Source: a candidate division WOR-1 bacterium RIFOXYB2_FULL_45_9 | GTDB taxonomy: Bacteria; Margulisbacteria; WOR-1; O2-12-FULL-45-9; XYB2-FULL-48-7 | NCBI GenBank assembly: GCA_001771575.1 | Contig: MEUD01000001.1 | Coordinates: 415,277 to 479,276, forward strand | Direction of reading: 5' to 3' | DNA: 64,000 nt | In this document: positions 32,804 to 42,922 of the stretch, piece after piece | Layout: each line of letters begins with the position of its first letter | Position numbering within the stretch: position 1 is the stretch's first letter | Translations under genes and position numbers: made by a program | Notes under the pieces: generated by a model | The model's input: the letters and a program-made list of their open reading frames with translations, nothing else | Database searches by the model: none | Told to the model about the DNA's origin: nothing

Positions 32804-33230
32804 GAAAAAGGCAAATGAACCAATAAGATTGATATTAGAGCTGGCAAAGACGCAGGCCATTGTTGGGCGTCGTTTTGACTGTGGGCTGGGCGGGCTTGGC
32901 TTCAATGAATTTACGATCCTATATAATCTTAGTATAGCAAGTGATGGAAAAATGCGCAGGATAGACCTGGCCAATAAGATTGGGCTTACCGCCTCCGGGG
33001 TGACACGGCTGTTACTGCCTATGGAAAAAATTGGACTAATTAAAAGCGGAGAAAGCGAAAGAGATGCCCGAGCTCGGTTTGTAACAATTGCTCCTGGTGG
33101 TGTCCTTAAATTAAATGAAGCGATCGAACGAATGGAACTGCTCCTGAATGAAATAATCCCTATGGATAAAAAGATCAAAATCGAAAAGATCTCGCAATTT
33201 CTTTCTGAATTAGGGATGCTTGCGCGTTAG
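32802..33230 (+). CDS. MarR family regulator
   Basis: DLANKIGLTASGVTRLL HTH, RDAR wing motif. Confidence 0.88.
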   Translation: MKKANEPIRLILELAKTQAIVGRRFDCGLGGLGFNEFTILYNLSIASDGKMRRIDLANKIGLTASGVTRLLLPMEKIGLIKSGESERDARARFVTIAPGGVLKLNEAIERMELLLNEIIPMDKKIKIEKISQFLSELGMLAR

Positions 33231-33234
33231 CCTT

Positions 33235-33828
33235 ATGGATAGAGATGGACTGCTCCTCACGCAAATCGCCTTCAACAATCAAACCTTCGAGGAAGTCAGC
33301 CTTCAAGAAACAGACCTTAGCCACAAAGAATTTTCCGAATGCGCCTTCAATAAATGCGATTTTAGCGGTTCCAACTTTAGCGGAACTATCTTCAGCGACT
33401 GTACTTTTACCGGCTGTAACCTGGCCAACATCAAGGTCGAAGGCTGTGGTTTTCGCGGCGTCAATTTTACCGGCTGTAAATTGATCGGGGTTGTCTTTAT
33501 CAAGATCAACAAACTGCTTTTAGATTGGGGCTTTCAGAAATGTAAGATCGCCCTCTGCAATTTCAGCGGATTAAGTATTAAACACAGCCGCTTCACCGAT
33601 TGCGTCATCCAGGGGACCGATTTCGTCAACGTTGACCTTTCGGGAGCGACCTTCTCCGGCTGTGACCTGGAAAACAGCACCTTTCGCAACGCCAACCTGG
33701 AAAAAGCGAGCTTCGTCGGCTCGTGGAATTATTACGTCGACCCGACCCAGAACAAGGTTAAACAAGCCAAGTTCGCTTACCCCGAAGTCCTAGCTCTCCT
33801 CGCCCCTTTTGGGATCAAGATCGAATAG
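33235..33828 (+). CDS. Pentapeptide repeat protein (MfpA/Qnr-like fold)
   Basis: Continuous CxFxxCxL pentapeptide repeats. Confidence 0.88.
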   Translation: MDRDGLLLTQIAFNNQTFEEVSLQETDLSHKEFSECAFNKCDFSGSNFSGTIFSDCTFTGCNLANIKVEGCGFRGVNFTGCKLIGVVFIKINKLLLDWGFQKCKIALCNFSGLSIKHSRFTDCVIQGTDFVNVDLSGATFSGCDLENSTFRNANLEKASFVGSWNYYVDPTQNKVKQAKFAYPEVLALLAPFGIKIE

Positions 33829-34476
33829 CTATAGATAGATCGTCACACCAAACTGACTGAAGCTAATCCCGGCGTCCATCCAGTTTGTTTGATTACTGCT
33901 GTTCTTGTACTTGATGCCCGCCAGGGTTAAACTGCCAAATTGATAATAAACGCCGAGCCCGATCGTTTCGGTCAGGTTGGTCCGCGTCTTGACACCGAGC
34001 AGGAACCCTGGAATACCGCCGCTGAAATCTCCAGCCGGCGATGGGGAACCGGCGACCGAAGATATCTCCTGCTGGGCGTTAAACCAGCCTAAATTGTAAT
34101 CGAGATAAGCGGAAACCGAATTACCGCCAAGTTCAAAATCAACGATCCCGCCCAGCGAGGCTTGGAATAACTGAAAAGCGTGCCAGGTGGAATTAAGCGG
34201 ACTGTAATTGAAAATAAAATGCGGCCCCGCTTTGACCGACGGCGCGACCGAATAGAACAGCGACGCTTCGCCGCCAAAGCCCAGGTTGGTTTCCGACTTC
34301 AGCGCCCCAAGATAAATTGAATCCGCGCTATCAAGCAATGAATTCCCGGTCGCGTTGACCAGAAAATTGACGTTCAAATCTCCGCCAAGGACGGCATAAT
34401 CGGTCGCTTTTGCCAGGCCGGCCAGACAAAAGGACAGGAAGATAACAAGCGCCATGAAAATCGTTGTTTTTCTCAT
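33829..34476 (-). CDS. Outer-membrane beta-barrel-like protein
   Basis: Signal peptide; C-terminal FGVTIYL. Confidence 0.6.
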   Translation of the reverse strand: MRKTTIFMALVIFLSFCLAGLAKATDYAVLGGDLNVNFLVNATGNSLLDSADSIYLGALKSETNLGFGGEASLFYSVAPSVKAGPHFIFNYSPLNSTWHAFQLFQASLGGIVDFELGGNSVSAYLDYNLGWFNAQQEISSVAGSPSPAGDFSGGIPGFLLGVKTRTNLTETIGLGVYYQFGSLTLAGIKYKNSSNQTNWMDAGISFSQFGVTIYL

Positions 34477-34576
34477 TATTATGGATACCTCAAGAATATA
34501 TTTTTTGGTCCACTGGTTAAATTTAACTTAATGGCTTCCGGTTGTCAATCCAACTTCTTACTGCTATTATTCCTGC

Positions 34577-35566
34577 ATGAAGAGTGTCCTGATCACCGCT
34601 TTCGATTACAACGAAAAGCACTTCGTCGAGAAGGAGATCCCGCTCAACACCTGCGTTATCTACAAGAACAAGCCGACCATCACCTGGATCAACATCGACA
34701 GCATCCACGACCATAAAGCGGTCAAAAATATTTGCGATTGCTTCGGCCTGGCCCCCGCCGTCTACGAACAGATCATCGACCCGACCCAGAGGCCCAAGAT
34801 CGAAGATTATGGAAAATACTTATTCATCGTTTTAAAAATGTTCCTTAATAATAAGGAGACACTCAAAGTGGCCGACGAGCAGGTCAGCTTTATCATCGGC
34901 CCCACTTACGTCATCTCTTTTCAGGAAAGAGCCCTAAAAGAGGACGTTTTTGACCCGGTCAGGAAAAGGCTAAGGACCGCCGGCTCGAAGATCAGACAGT
35001 CCAGGGCCGATTACCTCGCCTACCGTCTCATTGACGCGGTGATCGACTATTACTTTGTCATTCTCGAAATTTTGGGAGACCAGATAGAAGAGATCGAAAA
35101 GGAAACGATCGCCAACCCGAGCAAAAAAACTTTGGTCCAAATGCAAAAAAAGCGAAAAGAGATGCTCTTTTTCCGCCGTTCGATCTGGCCAGTCAGGGAG
35201 ATCATGAACTCCCTGCAGAGAGGAGAATCAAAACTTATCTCCCCGGCGACCCAAAAATACATGCGCGGCCTCTATGAGCACACCATCCAGATCATCGACA
35301 CGATCGAGACCGAAAGGGATACGATGTCCTCAATGCTCGATATCTATCTGTCGAGCTTAAGCAACAAATTGAACGAGGTCATGAAGATCCTGACCATGAT
35401 CTCGACGATCTTTATGCCGCTGACCTTTATCGTGGGGATCTACGGAATGAATTTCCGCCATATGCCGGAGCTGGAATGGCGATACGGTTATTTTATGGTC
35501 TGGGGGCTGACGATCATCATTGTCTCCTCCATGTTCATTTATTATAAACGGAAAAAGTGGTTCTAG
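34577..35566 (+). CDS. corA: Magnesium/cobalt transporter
   Basis: QRPKIE, YGMNF, MPEL. Confidence 0.95.
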   Translation: MKSVLITAFDYNEKHFVEKEIPLNTCVIYKNKPTITWINIDSIHDHKAVKNICDCFGLAPAVYEQIIDPTQRPKIEDYGKYLFIVLKMFLNNKETLKVADEQVSFIIGPTYVISFQERALKEDVFDPVRKRLRTAGSKIRQSRADYLAYRLIDAVIDYYFVILEILGDQIEEIEKETIANPSKKTLVQMQKKRKEMLFFRRSIWPVREIMNSLQRGESKLISPATQKYMRGLYEHTIQIIDTIETERDTMSSMLDIYLSSLSNKLNEVMKILTMISTIFMPLTFIVGIYGMNFRHMPELEWRYGYFMVWGLTIIIVSSMFIYYKRKKWF

Positions 35567-35576
35567 GATCTTAAAT

Positions 35577-35849
35577 ATGATCGCCGCTTATTACGTTTAT
35601 ATCATTGAATGCGCCAACCGCGCTCTTTACACCGGCATCACCAACAACCTTGAACGTCGTTTTAAAGAGCACCAAGCCGGTCGCGGCGCCCGCTACACCA
35701 GAGCTAATCCGGCGACCAGGCTCGTTTATAAGAAAAAATGCGGCAGTAAGAGCAGGGCGCTCAAACGGGAAGCGGCGATCAAGAAGTTGACCCGAGCGAA
35801 CAAATTAGCATTAATCAACAGCGCAGTGCTCCATGGTTCGCATTGCTAG
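35577..35849 (+). CDS. Small GIY-YIG nuclease (UPF0213/YhbQ-like)
   Basis: YYVYII...LYTGIT...RRFKEH...GARYTR...RE; start moved to ATG 35577. Confidence 0.88.
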   Translation: MIAAYYVYIIECANRALYTGITNNLERRFKEHQAGRGARYTRANPATRLVYKKKCGSKSRALKREAAIKKLTRANKLALINSAVLHGSHC

Positions 35850-36398
35850 TTCCCCCGCTTCAGCCATACTTTTACCCAGCGAGATAAAACCATGGTTCTT
35901 AATGATCAAAAAAATGTTCTCGCCCAATGATTCCATGATCTGATCGGCCAATTCCAGGGTCCCGTATGGCTCTTCCCGCTCCGTGCAAGTCAGCCCCATT
36001 CGGGCGCAATTATCAAGCAATTTTTGACAATGGCCGTGAAAGATCGCGTTGACCTCCGGCCTCTTTTGATAGATCAAATAATGGAACATACTTTCCGAAG
36101 AAGGTTCCCGCTGGCCGACGGCGTAAACGATCTTTTTCTCCAGATCGACCCGGTCGACTTTCACAAAACTCTCCGCCGCCGATGTTTCTTTCATCCCGGA
36201 AGAAGTGATAATAAATCGGTTCTCCGGTTTCAGCCGAAAACTTAGATTCCCGTAAACCCCGCCCTCATAGGACGGCATTAGCCCGCTTTGCGTGAATTGA
36301 TCGCACCATTTTTTCAACTCATCGATCCGCGGATCTCCGGGGACCTGCCGGTCAAGGAATTCAGTGGTAAATTTGGGGGCGACCTTCCCTTCAGCCAT
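35811..36398 (-). CDS. Class II aldolase/adducin family protein
   Basis: GNLS, PSSESMFH, FHGH, NHG. Confidence 0.85.
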   Translation of the reverse strand: MAEGKVAPKFTTEFLDRQVPGDPRIDELKKWCDQFTQSGLMPSYEGGVYGNLSFRLKPENRFIITSSGMKETSAAESFVKVDRVDLEKKIVYAVGQREPSSESMFHYLIYQKRPEVNAIFHGHCQKLLDNCARMGLTCTEREEPYGTLELADQIMESLGENIFLIIKNHGFISLGKSMAEAGELAMRTMEHCAVD

Positions 36399-37432
36399 TA
36401 CGAAAACAACCTTCCGACTTCAGCCGGTTTAATGATCCCCTTTTCGGTGATGATCCCGGTGATGAATCTGGCCGGCGTGACATCAAAGGCAGGGTTGATC
36501 GCTTTGGAACCCGGAGAACAGACCAAAATCCGGCGTTGAATCCCTTGTTCGTCCGGCCCGGTCTGGTAAAGAACTTCGTCTTCGCTCCGCTCTTCGATCG
36601 GAATGTCGCGGCCGCTATGACATTTTAAATCAATGGTGGAGGTCGGCGCGGCAATATAAAAAGGAACACCGTACTCTTTGGCGCAGATCGCTTTTTCCAG
36701 AGTGCCGATCTTGTTGGCAGTGTCACCGTTTTGGGCGATCCGGTCGGCCCCCACGATCATCAGGTCGATCTTGCCGAGCGACATCAGGTAAGCCCCCGCG
36801 TTGTCGGGAACGATCGCGTGCGGAACTTTCTCTCCTTGCAGTTCCCAGGCGGTCAGCCTGGCCCCCTGGCCGCGCGGCCTGGTCTCATCGGCATAGACAA
36901 AAACCTTCTTTCCCGCGCGGTGAGCGGCGTAGATCGGCGAGAGGGCCGATCCATGGTCGACAAAAGCGAGCCAGCCGGCGTTGCAGTGGGTCTCGATCGT
37001 CATCCCGTCTTTGATCAATTTCGCGCCATGCTCGCCGATCAGTCGGCAATTCTCGGCATCTTCATCGGCGATCTTTTGCGCCTCCAGCACGCCCGCCCCT
37101 TCGCCCCCTTTTTTCGCCGCGTCGTAAACCCGGTTGACGGCAAAGAAGAGGTTCTGGGCGGTCGGCCTGGTCGCTTCAATCGCTTGTTTTCCCCGGTCGA
37201 TGGCGGTCCAATCGCCGGGAGATTCCAATAACACCTGGGCCATAGCAAAACCGGCCGCCGCGCCGATCGCTCCCGCTCCGCGGACGATCATCGTCTTGAT
37301 GGCATGGCAGGTATCTCTTGATCTCGGCGCCTGGTGGATTTTGAAGTCAAAAGGGAGGAGATTCTGTTCGATCAGGTGGACGGTCGAGCCTTCCAGCCAA
37401 ACGGTACGGTAATGTTTGCCGTTGACTTTAAT
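36398..37432 (-). CDS. mtnA: S-methyl-5-thioribose-1-phosphate isomerase (probable ATT start)
   Basis: VRGAGAIG, RPTA, THCNAG, ETRP, GADRI, NKIGT, NPAFDVTP. Confidence 0.93.
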   Translation of the reverse strand: MKVNGKHYRTVWLEGSTVHLIEQNLLPFDFKIHQAPRSRDTCHAIKTMIVRGAGAIGAAAGFAMAQVLLESPGDWTAIDRGKQAIEATRPTAQNLFFAVNRVYDAAKKGGEGAGVLEAQKIADEDAENCRLIGEHGAKLIKDGMTIETHCNAGWLAFVDHGSALSPIYAAHRAGKKVFVYADETRPRGQGARLTAWELQGEKVPHAIVPDNAGAYLMSLGKIDLMIVGADRIAQNGDTANKIGTLEKAICAKEYGVPFYIAAPTSTIDLKCHSGRDIPIEERSEDEVLYQTGPDEQGIQRRILVCSPGSKAINPAFDVTPARFITGIITEKGIIKPAEVGRLFS

Positions 37433-37436
37433 GGGA

Positions 37437-37964
37437 TCACTCGCCTTCGAATTCAGTCTGGGCGTAGACCTTATGCCCGGCTTCTTCCAATTTCCGGCGA
37501 CCGCCGATATCCGGCAGATCAACGATAAAAGCAAGCTCGACGACTTCGCCGCCCAGTTTTTTCACCAGTTTACTCGCCGCCATCGCGGTCCCGCCGGTCG
37601 CGATCAGGTCATCAATGATCAAGACCTTTTGGCCTTTGGTAATCGCGTCCTTGTGGATCTCGATCACGTCGGTCCCGTATTCCAGGGCGTATTCTTCCCG
37701 CTCGGTTTCAGCCGGGAGCTTCCCCTTTTTGCGGACCGGGACAAACCCTTTGCCCAATAGATAAGCGAGCGCCCCACCCAGGATAAAGCCTCGGGAATCG
37801 ATCCCCACAACAATATCGATATCCTTGTCCTTGTAGCGGGCGGAGAAATCGTCGAGACATAGTTTTAGCCCGACCGGATCTTTCAGGAGCGTGGTAATAT
37901 CGCGGAACATGATCCCTTTTTTCGGCCAGTGGGGAACGGTCCTGATGCGTGATTTGATCGGCAT
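37437..37964 (-). CDS. apt: Adenine phosphoribosyltransferase
   Basis: [28 protein letters not shown]. Confidence 0.96.
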   Translation of the reverse strand: MPIKSRIRTVPHWPKKGIMFRDITTLLKDPVGLKLCLDDFSARYKDKDIDIVVGIDSRGFILGGALAYLLGKGFVPVRKKGKLPAETEREEYALEYGTDVIEIHKDAITKGQKVLIIDDLIATGGTAMAASKLVKKLGGEVVELAFIVDLPDIGGRRKLEEAGHKVYAQTEFEGE

Positions 37965-37975
37965 ATTTCTCTCCT

Positions 37976-38713
37976 TTATTTGATTCGGGGGATCGCCTTG
38001 ATCAACAAAGTTTTGACCTTTTCGGCGTTCTCTTTCATCCGCTCAAGGACCATCTCAAAAGTGACCGGCGCTTCGTCCTCTTTCCAGCAGTCGTAATCGG
38101 TCGACATGGCGATCGTCTGGTACGGGATCCCCAGTTCGTTGGCTAAAACTACCTCGGGACAGGTCGACATATTAATGATATCGGCCCCCCAGGCGCGGAA
38201 CATATGGCTCTCCGCCCGGGTCGAAAACCTGGGCCCTTCGATCGTCACGACCGTGACGTCACGGTTGTATTTGTAGCCGAGCTCGTCGCTGGTCTTACAT
38301 AAGAGGTCGCGCAATTTCCGGTCGTAGGGGTCGCTCATAGGAGTATGAACAACTTTTTCAGTAAAGAAGGTCACGTTCCGGTGGCGGGTAAAATCGATAA
38401 ATTGGTCCGGAAAAACCAAATTCCCAGGCTTGATCTCTTCCCGAAGCGAACCGACAGCGGTCGCCGCCAGGATATGAGTACAGCCGATCTCCTTCAAGCC
38501 ATAGATGTTGGCGAGGTAATTGACCCTGGTCGGCATGATGCTGTGGTCTTTGCCGTGCCGGGCCAGGATCGCGACCTCCACCCCGCCGATCTTTCCGCAG
38601 GTCAGGAGGGACGATGGTTTTCCAAAACTGCTATCCGCTTCAACTTCGATCGGCTCCTTGAGGATCTTGGGGTCGTCCAGTCCCGACCCGCCGATTATCC
38701 CTATTTTCGTCAT
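37976..38713 (-). CDS. mtnP: 5'-methylthioadenosine phosphorylase
   Basis: [28 protein letters not shown]; start moved to ATG 38713. Confidence 0.93.
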   Translation of the reverse strand: MTKIGIIGGSGLDDPKILKEPIEVEADSSFGKPSSLLTCGKIGGVEVAILARHGKDHSIMPTRVNYLANIYGLKEIGCTHILAATAVGSLREEIKPGNLVFPDQFIDFTRHRNVTFFTEKVVHTPMSDPYDRKLRDLLCKTSDELGYKYNRDVTVVTIEGPRFSTRAESHMFRAWGADIINMSTCPEVVLANELGIPYQTIAMSTDYDCWKEDEAPVTFEMVLERMKENAEKVKTLLIKAIPRIK

Positions 38714-38794
38714 AAGGCTATTATAATGGCAATCGTTTTGATCTGTCAATTTTCCTATTTGACTTCACCCCGCAGTTCATAGGAGAATAACATC

Positions 38795-39547
38795 ATGAAG
38801 CAAAAAACCGACTGGAATGAAGTCGCCGGCTGGTACGACCAGCTCGTTGGAGAAAAAGGGTCCGATTATCACCAAAACGTGATCCTGCCGGGGGCCTTAA
38901 AGCTCCTTGACCCAAGACGCGGCGAAAAGGTCCTTGATCTCGCCTGCGGTCAGGGGGTCCTTTGCCGGGAGCTGGCCAGGAAAGGGGTCGAGGTCACCGG
39001 CATCGACGCCGCCCCCAACCTGATCAAAGCGGCGATCGAGCGAAGCCCAAGAACGATCAAATACCAGGTCTGCGATGCCGCGAATTTAAAGGTCTTTGCC
39101 GACGCCTCTTTTGACGTCGTCACCTGCATCATGGCGATCCAAAATATCGAACCGCTTGATAAAGTGATCAGCGAAAGCGCCCGGGTCCTAAAGAACGGCG
39201 GAGGTTTCCTAATCGTCACCAGCCACCCCTGCTTCCGTATCCCGCGCCAGAGCGGCTGGGGTTTTGACGACCAGCGCAAGCTCCAATACCGCCGGGTCGA
39301 CAGCTACCTTTCGGAAATGAAGATCCCGATCAAAATGCACCCGGGCTTCGATCCGGGAAAACTGACCTGGACCTTTCACCGCCCGCTGGAAACATATTTT
39401 GCCGCTTTGAACCGGGCCGGTTTTACCGTCGCCCGGCTCGAAGAATGGAACTCGCACCGCCAGAGCCAGCCGGGAAGCAAAGCCAGGGCGGAAAACCGTT
39501 CCCGTCAAGAAATCCCGCTTTTTCTTGCCTTGCTCGCTGTTAAGTGA
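38795..39547 (+). CDS. Class I SAM-dependent methyltransferase
   Basis: VLDLACGQG, SHPCF, FHRPL. Confidence 0.88.
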   Translation: MKQKTDWNEVAGWYDQLVGEKGSDYHQNVILPGALKLLDPRRGEKVLDLACGQGVLCRELARKGVEVTGIDAAPNLIKAAIERSPRTIKYQVCDAANLKVFADASFDVVTCIMAIQNIEPLDKVISESARVLKNGGGFLIVTSHPCFRIPRQSGWGFDDQRKLQYRRVDSYLSEMKIPIKMHPGFDPGKLTWTFHRPLETYFAALNRAGFTVARLEEWNSHRQSQPGSKARAENRSRQEIPLFLALLAVK

Positions 39548-39595
39548 TAATGTATAATAGCCAAGTCGAAAAATTAATAATAAAGGAGATTCAAC

Positions 39596-39754
39596 ATGAT
39601 CGCAGAACGTTCTGAATTCAAAGGGAAGCCAATGCTCATCCTCAAACGGGATGAAAGCGACAAGTTCCCATTCTCTTTCGGTCTTTCCAAGGCCAAACTG
39701 ATCCTGGAAAGCATCGAAGAGATCAAAAAATTCGTCGCGGAGAACGAAAAATAG
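39596..39754 (+). CDS. 52-aa small protein, below the ORF track cutoff
   Basis: AAGGAG SD, TATAAT upstream; MIAERSEFKGKPMLILKRDESDKFPFSFGLSKAKLILESIEEIKKFVAENEK. Confidence 0.8.
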   Translation: MIAERSEFKGKPMLILKRDESDKFPFSFGLSKAKLILESIEEIKKFVAENEK

Positions 39755-39819
39755 ATCTAACCGGTTTTTTCTTCGGCTCCAAAATCAAAAAACTTGACCG
39801 AACCGACGTCCTTTACCGG

Positions 39820-40590
39820 ATGTGGGACCCTCCATTCGCGAAAGCTTCCCTGCTTTTGATCCATGGACTTGGCGCCCAATCCGACCGCTGGCATTATTTG
39901 GCCGAATATCTGGCCAAACAAGGTTACGCGACCTATGCCATCGAACTCAAAGGGTTTGGCGAGACCAAAACACCGCGCGGTCATGTCGAATCGTTCGACG
40001 TCTACGTCCAGGAGATCAAACAGCTCTACGACAAGATCAAGCGCGACCACCCTAATGCCAAGATATTTATCGGCGGAGAAAGCCTGGGGGGGCTCCTCTC
40101 CTTTACTCTGGCGGCGCTAAATCCCGGTTATTTCGCGGGGATGGTCCTGCTTTCTCCCGCCTTCAAAAGCGCCTTAAAAATAAAGCTCAACGATATCGTC
40201 GACTTTATTCAGTCGCTCCTCTTTGAGCCGGACAAACCGCTCAAGGTCCCTTACTTCACCGCTATGGCGACCCGCGACCTGGCCCTGCTAAAGCGGATCA
40301 ACCGCGATCAAAGGGAGGTCAGGGTCACGACCTCCAAGTTCCTGATCAATGTCCTGCTCGAACAGATCAAGGCCAATTTTGTCATCACCAGGATCGAGCT
40401 CCCAACCCTCTTCTTAGTCTCCGGCCACGATCTCTTTGTTTCTTCCACGGAAAGCGGCCGGGTCTTTAAGCTCCTGCCGGTCAAAGACAAAACCCTGATC
40501 GAATATCCGGAAATGTACCACGCCCTGTCGGTCGATCTCGGCCGGGAAAAGGTCTTTAAGGACCTGATCAGCTGGCTGAATAAGCATTGA
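39820..40590 (+). CDS. Alpha/beta hydrolase (lysophospholipase/monoglyceride lipase-like); start uncertain
   Basis: IHGLG, GFG, GESLGG nucleophile elbow, YHAL. Confidence 0.85.
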   Translation: MWDPPFAKASLLLIHGLGAQSDRWHYLAEYLAKQGYATYAIELKGFGETKTPRGHVESFDVYVQEIKQLYDKIKRDHPNAKIFIGGESLGGLLSFTLAALNPGYFAGMVLLSPAFKSALKIKLNDIVDFIQSLLFEPDKPLKVPYFTAMATRDLALLKRINRDQREVRVTTSKFLINVLLEQIKANFVITRIELPTLFLVSGHDLFVSSTESGRVFKLLPVKDKTLIEYPEMYHALSVDLGREKVFKDLISWLNKH

Positions 40591-40649
40591 ATTAATTATG
40601 GTCTTGCGGTACAATCCTCATGTAATCAAACCAATAAGGAGAGCTATTT

Positions 40650-41402
40650 ATGAAAAAAATCGCCGCCGCGCTATTACTGGCCTGTTTTATCGCCGCTCCG
40701 ATTCTGGCCCTGACCCCGACTGAACTGAAACAAACCATCAAAGATCTTTCCCTCGACGATATCAAAGAGATCGAGGATTCATTATATAAACTCTCCAATG
40801 AATCGGCCCGGCAGACCGGCTACGTCAAAGAAGATCCGGTCTCGGTCGGCGGCGGAGGCGGCTTCTATTATTTTATGCCGACCGGCAACATTAACGATAA
40901 CAAGCCGCTATCCGCTTCCAGCCTTGGATCGCTCTATGGCGGAGCCGGGGGCTTTATGGTCAATCTCAACCCTAATTTGGCCGTTGGCGGGCTCTTTGGC
41001 GGGCTCGGCGGGGCCAGCTCCACCAAGGTCGGGACGACCTACCATAATTTTGCCGTCGGCGCCGCTTTTGAATTGGCCCAGCTTCAGTACAAGCCGATCA
41101 TAAACGACAATATTATTCTTGGCCTCGACCTTGGCCTGGGGCTTGCTCAAGGCTCTTACCAGATCTATGAGACCGACGAATCATCGGTCAGCAGTGACGT
41201 GATCCGGGCCGGCAGCGGCCTGGCCATTCTTTGCGGGATCGACCTGCGCAAGCGGCTGACCAACTTCTTCTTTACCGGGCTAAAACTTGGCTGGTTAAGC
41301 ACTTCATTTGAATCGCTCAAGCGGGGAGATTTCACCGACCCGGGGAAAAAGCAAACGATCTCCGCCTATTATCTGGCGGTCACGCTGGGCGGGAATTTCT
41401 AA
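40650..41402 (+). CDS. Outer-membrane beta-barrel-like protein
   Basis: Signal peptide, Gly-rich strands, terminal Phe. Confidence 0.6.
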   Translation: MKKIAAALLLACFIAAPILALTPTELKQTIKDLSLDDIKEIEDSLYKLSNESARQTGYVKEDPVSVGGGGGFYYFMPTGNINDNKPLSASSLGSLYGGAGGFMVNLNPNLAVGGLFGGLGGASSTKVGTTYHNFAVGAAFELAQLQYKPIINDNIILGLDLGLGLAQGSYQIYETDESSVSSDVIRAGSGLAILCGIDLRKRLTNFFFTGLKLGWLSTSFESLKRGDFTDPGKKQTISAYYLAVTLGGNF

Positions 41403-41405
41403 CCT

Positions 41406-41933
41406 TTACAACGGTTTCGTTATGTTGAAATCGATCTCGTTGAACTGAAGGTTGAAATCCGACACGGTGTTAAAGACGTATTTGGGAGAGAATTTTACCC
41501 CCCACGGTTCATAGTAATAATCCAGAGAGATCGCCACGTATGAACCCTTGTAATTCGTTTGCGCCACAAAGGTATGCAACGTCCCGTCCTTCACGTAATT
41601 GATATCCTGGTTGGTCTTGAGGTTGTACATCCCGGCGTGGCCGTTGAGCATCATCTCGTCGTTAATCAGGTAACTGATCACACCGCCGAAACGGATCGCG
41701 TTCATGGTCGCCGAATAATTGACGTCGGTCATCAGCGGTTCGATCTCCGCTCCGATCTGCATGGTGTTGTTTAAAGGGAACCGAAAGATCGCCCCAAAAT
41801 TGAGCCCGGTCCCCACCCCGGTCACCAAACCTAAATGAAAATCAGAAGCCATAGGAAGTTCATGGAGCTTGATCGCGGCAAATGAGGCCTGAGCCAGGAA
41901 CAAGAACATAAGGAAGCAAATTGTTTTTTTCAT
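41406..41933 (-). CDS. Secreted / beta-barrel-like hypothetical protein
   Basis: Signal peptide (ASFA), aromatic amphipathic strands. Confidence 0.6.
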   Translation of the reverse strand: MKKTICFLMFLFLAQASFAAIKLHELPMASDFHLGLVTGVGTGLNFGAIFRFPLNNTMQIGAEIEPLMTDVNYSATMNAIRFGGVISYLINDEMMLNGHAGMYNLKTNQDINYVKDGTLHTFVAQTNYKGSYVAISLDYYYEPWGVKFSPKYVFNTVSDFNLQFNEIDFNITKPL

Positions 41934-41981
41934 GATGGAGATATTATAGACAATAATAAGTAAATTGCAAGGTCACAATGT

Positions 41982-42031
41982 CCGGCGACTGAACGTCGCG
42001 GTTAAATAACAGCGGCGTTTAGCCGCTGGTT
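41982..42031. repeat. Pair of related REP-like hairpins in inverted orientation
   Basis: GCGAC-TGAAC-GTCGC and, on the minus strand, CAGCGGC-TAAAC-GCCGCTG. Confidence 0.65.
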
Positions 42032-42689
42032 ACCTTTTTAAAAGCGACCGCCAGATCATCATCCCATCGACCGAACCTAAGGCCGCTTCCGACGCCCGTT
42101 CCGGATGGGGCATCATTCCCAGGACATTCCCACGCTTATTGCAGATCCCGGCGATCGACTGAAGCGAACCGTTCGGGTTTTCTCCAGCGTAGGTAAAAAC
42201 GATCTGCTTGTTCTTTTTGAGCTCTTTGAGGGTCGCCGCGTCGCAGGTGTAGTTCCCCTCGCCGTGGGCGATGGGGATATTGAGCGTTTGGCCGGTCTTG
42301 CAGGCGCTGGTAAAGGCGGTCTTATTATTAGCAACCTTGAGCTCAATATGCCTGCAAATAAAATGGAGGTCCCGGTTCCGGTGCAAAGCCCCCGGCAAAA
42401 GCCCCGCTTCGGTCAAGACCTGAAAGCCGTTGCAGATGCCGATCACGTATTTGCCGCTATCGGCGAATTTTTTGACCGCTTCCATGACCGGGGAAAAACG
42501 GGCGATCGCTCCTGTCCGCAGGTAATCGCCGTAAGAGAAGCCGCCGGGGAGAATAACGCAGTCGAGGCCGCTAAGGTCGGTCTCCTGGTGCCAGACATAT
42601 TTGGTCGGCTGTTTCAGGACGTTTTTCGCCACGTGGTAGCAGTCCTGGTCGCAGTTTGAGCCCGGAAAAACGATCACCCCGAATTTCAT
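42030..42689 (-). CDS. purQ: FGAM synthase glutaminase subunit
   Basis: [29 protein letters not shown]. Confidence 0.97.
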   Translation of the reverse strand: MKFGVIVFPGSNCDQDCYHVAKNVLKQPTKYVWHQETDLSGLDCVILPGGFSYGDYLRTGAIARFSPVMEAVKKFADSGKYVIGICNGFQVLTEAGLLPGALHRNRDLHFICRHIELKVANNKTAFTSACKTGQTLNIPIAHGEGNYTCDAATLKELKKNKQIVFTYAGENPNGSLQSIAGICNKRGNVLGMMPHPERASEAALGSVDGMMIWRSLLKR

Positions 42690-42922
42690 GCGGCAACCTC
42701 AAAATGATAATCTTCGATCACCGAATTGACCAATAATTTACGGCACATCTCATCAACCATCTTTTTGTTGTCGCCGTCGGGGAGTTCCATTTCAATGTAC
42801 TTGCCGATCCGGACGTTGGAAGCTTTCTTGTAACCTAAAGTGTGCAGGGCCGATTCGACCGTCTTTCCCTGCGGATCAAGGACCCCTTTTTTGGGATAAA
42901 CAAAAACTTTAACCCTGGCCAT
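42686..42922 (-). CDS. purS: FGAM synthase subunit PurS
   Basis: [20 protein letters not shown]. Confidence 0.95.
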   Translation of the reverse strand: MARVKVFVYPKKGVLDPQGKTVESALHTLGYKKASNVRIGKYIEMELPDGDNKKMVDEMCRKLLVNSVIEDYHFEVAA

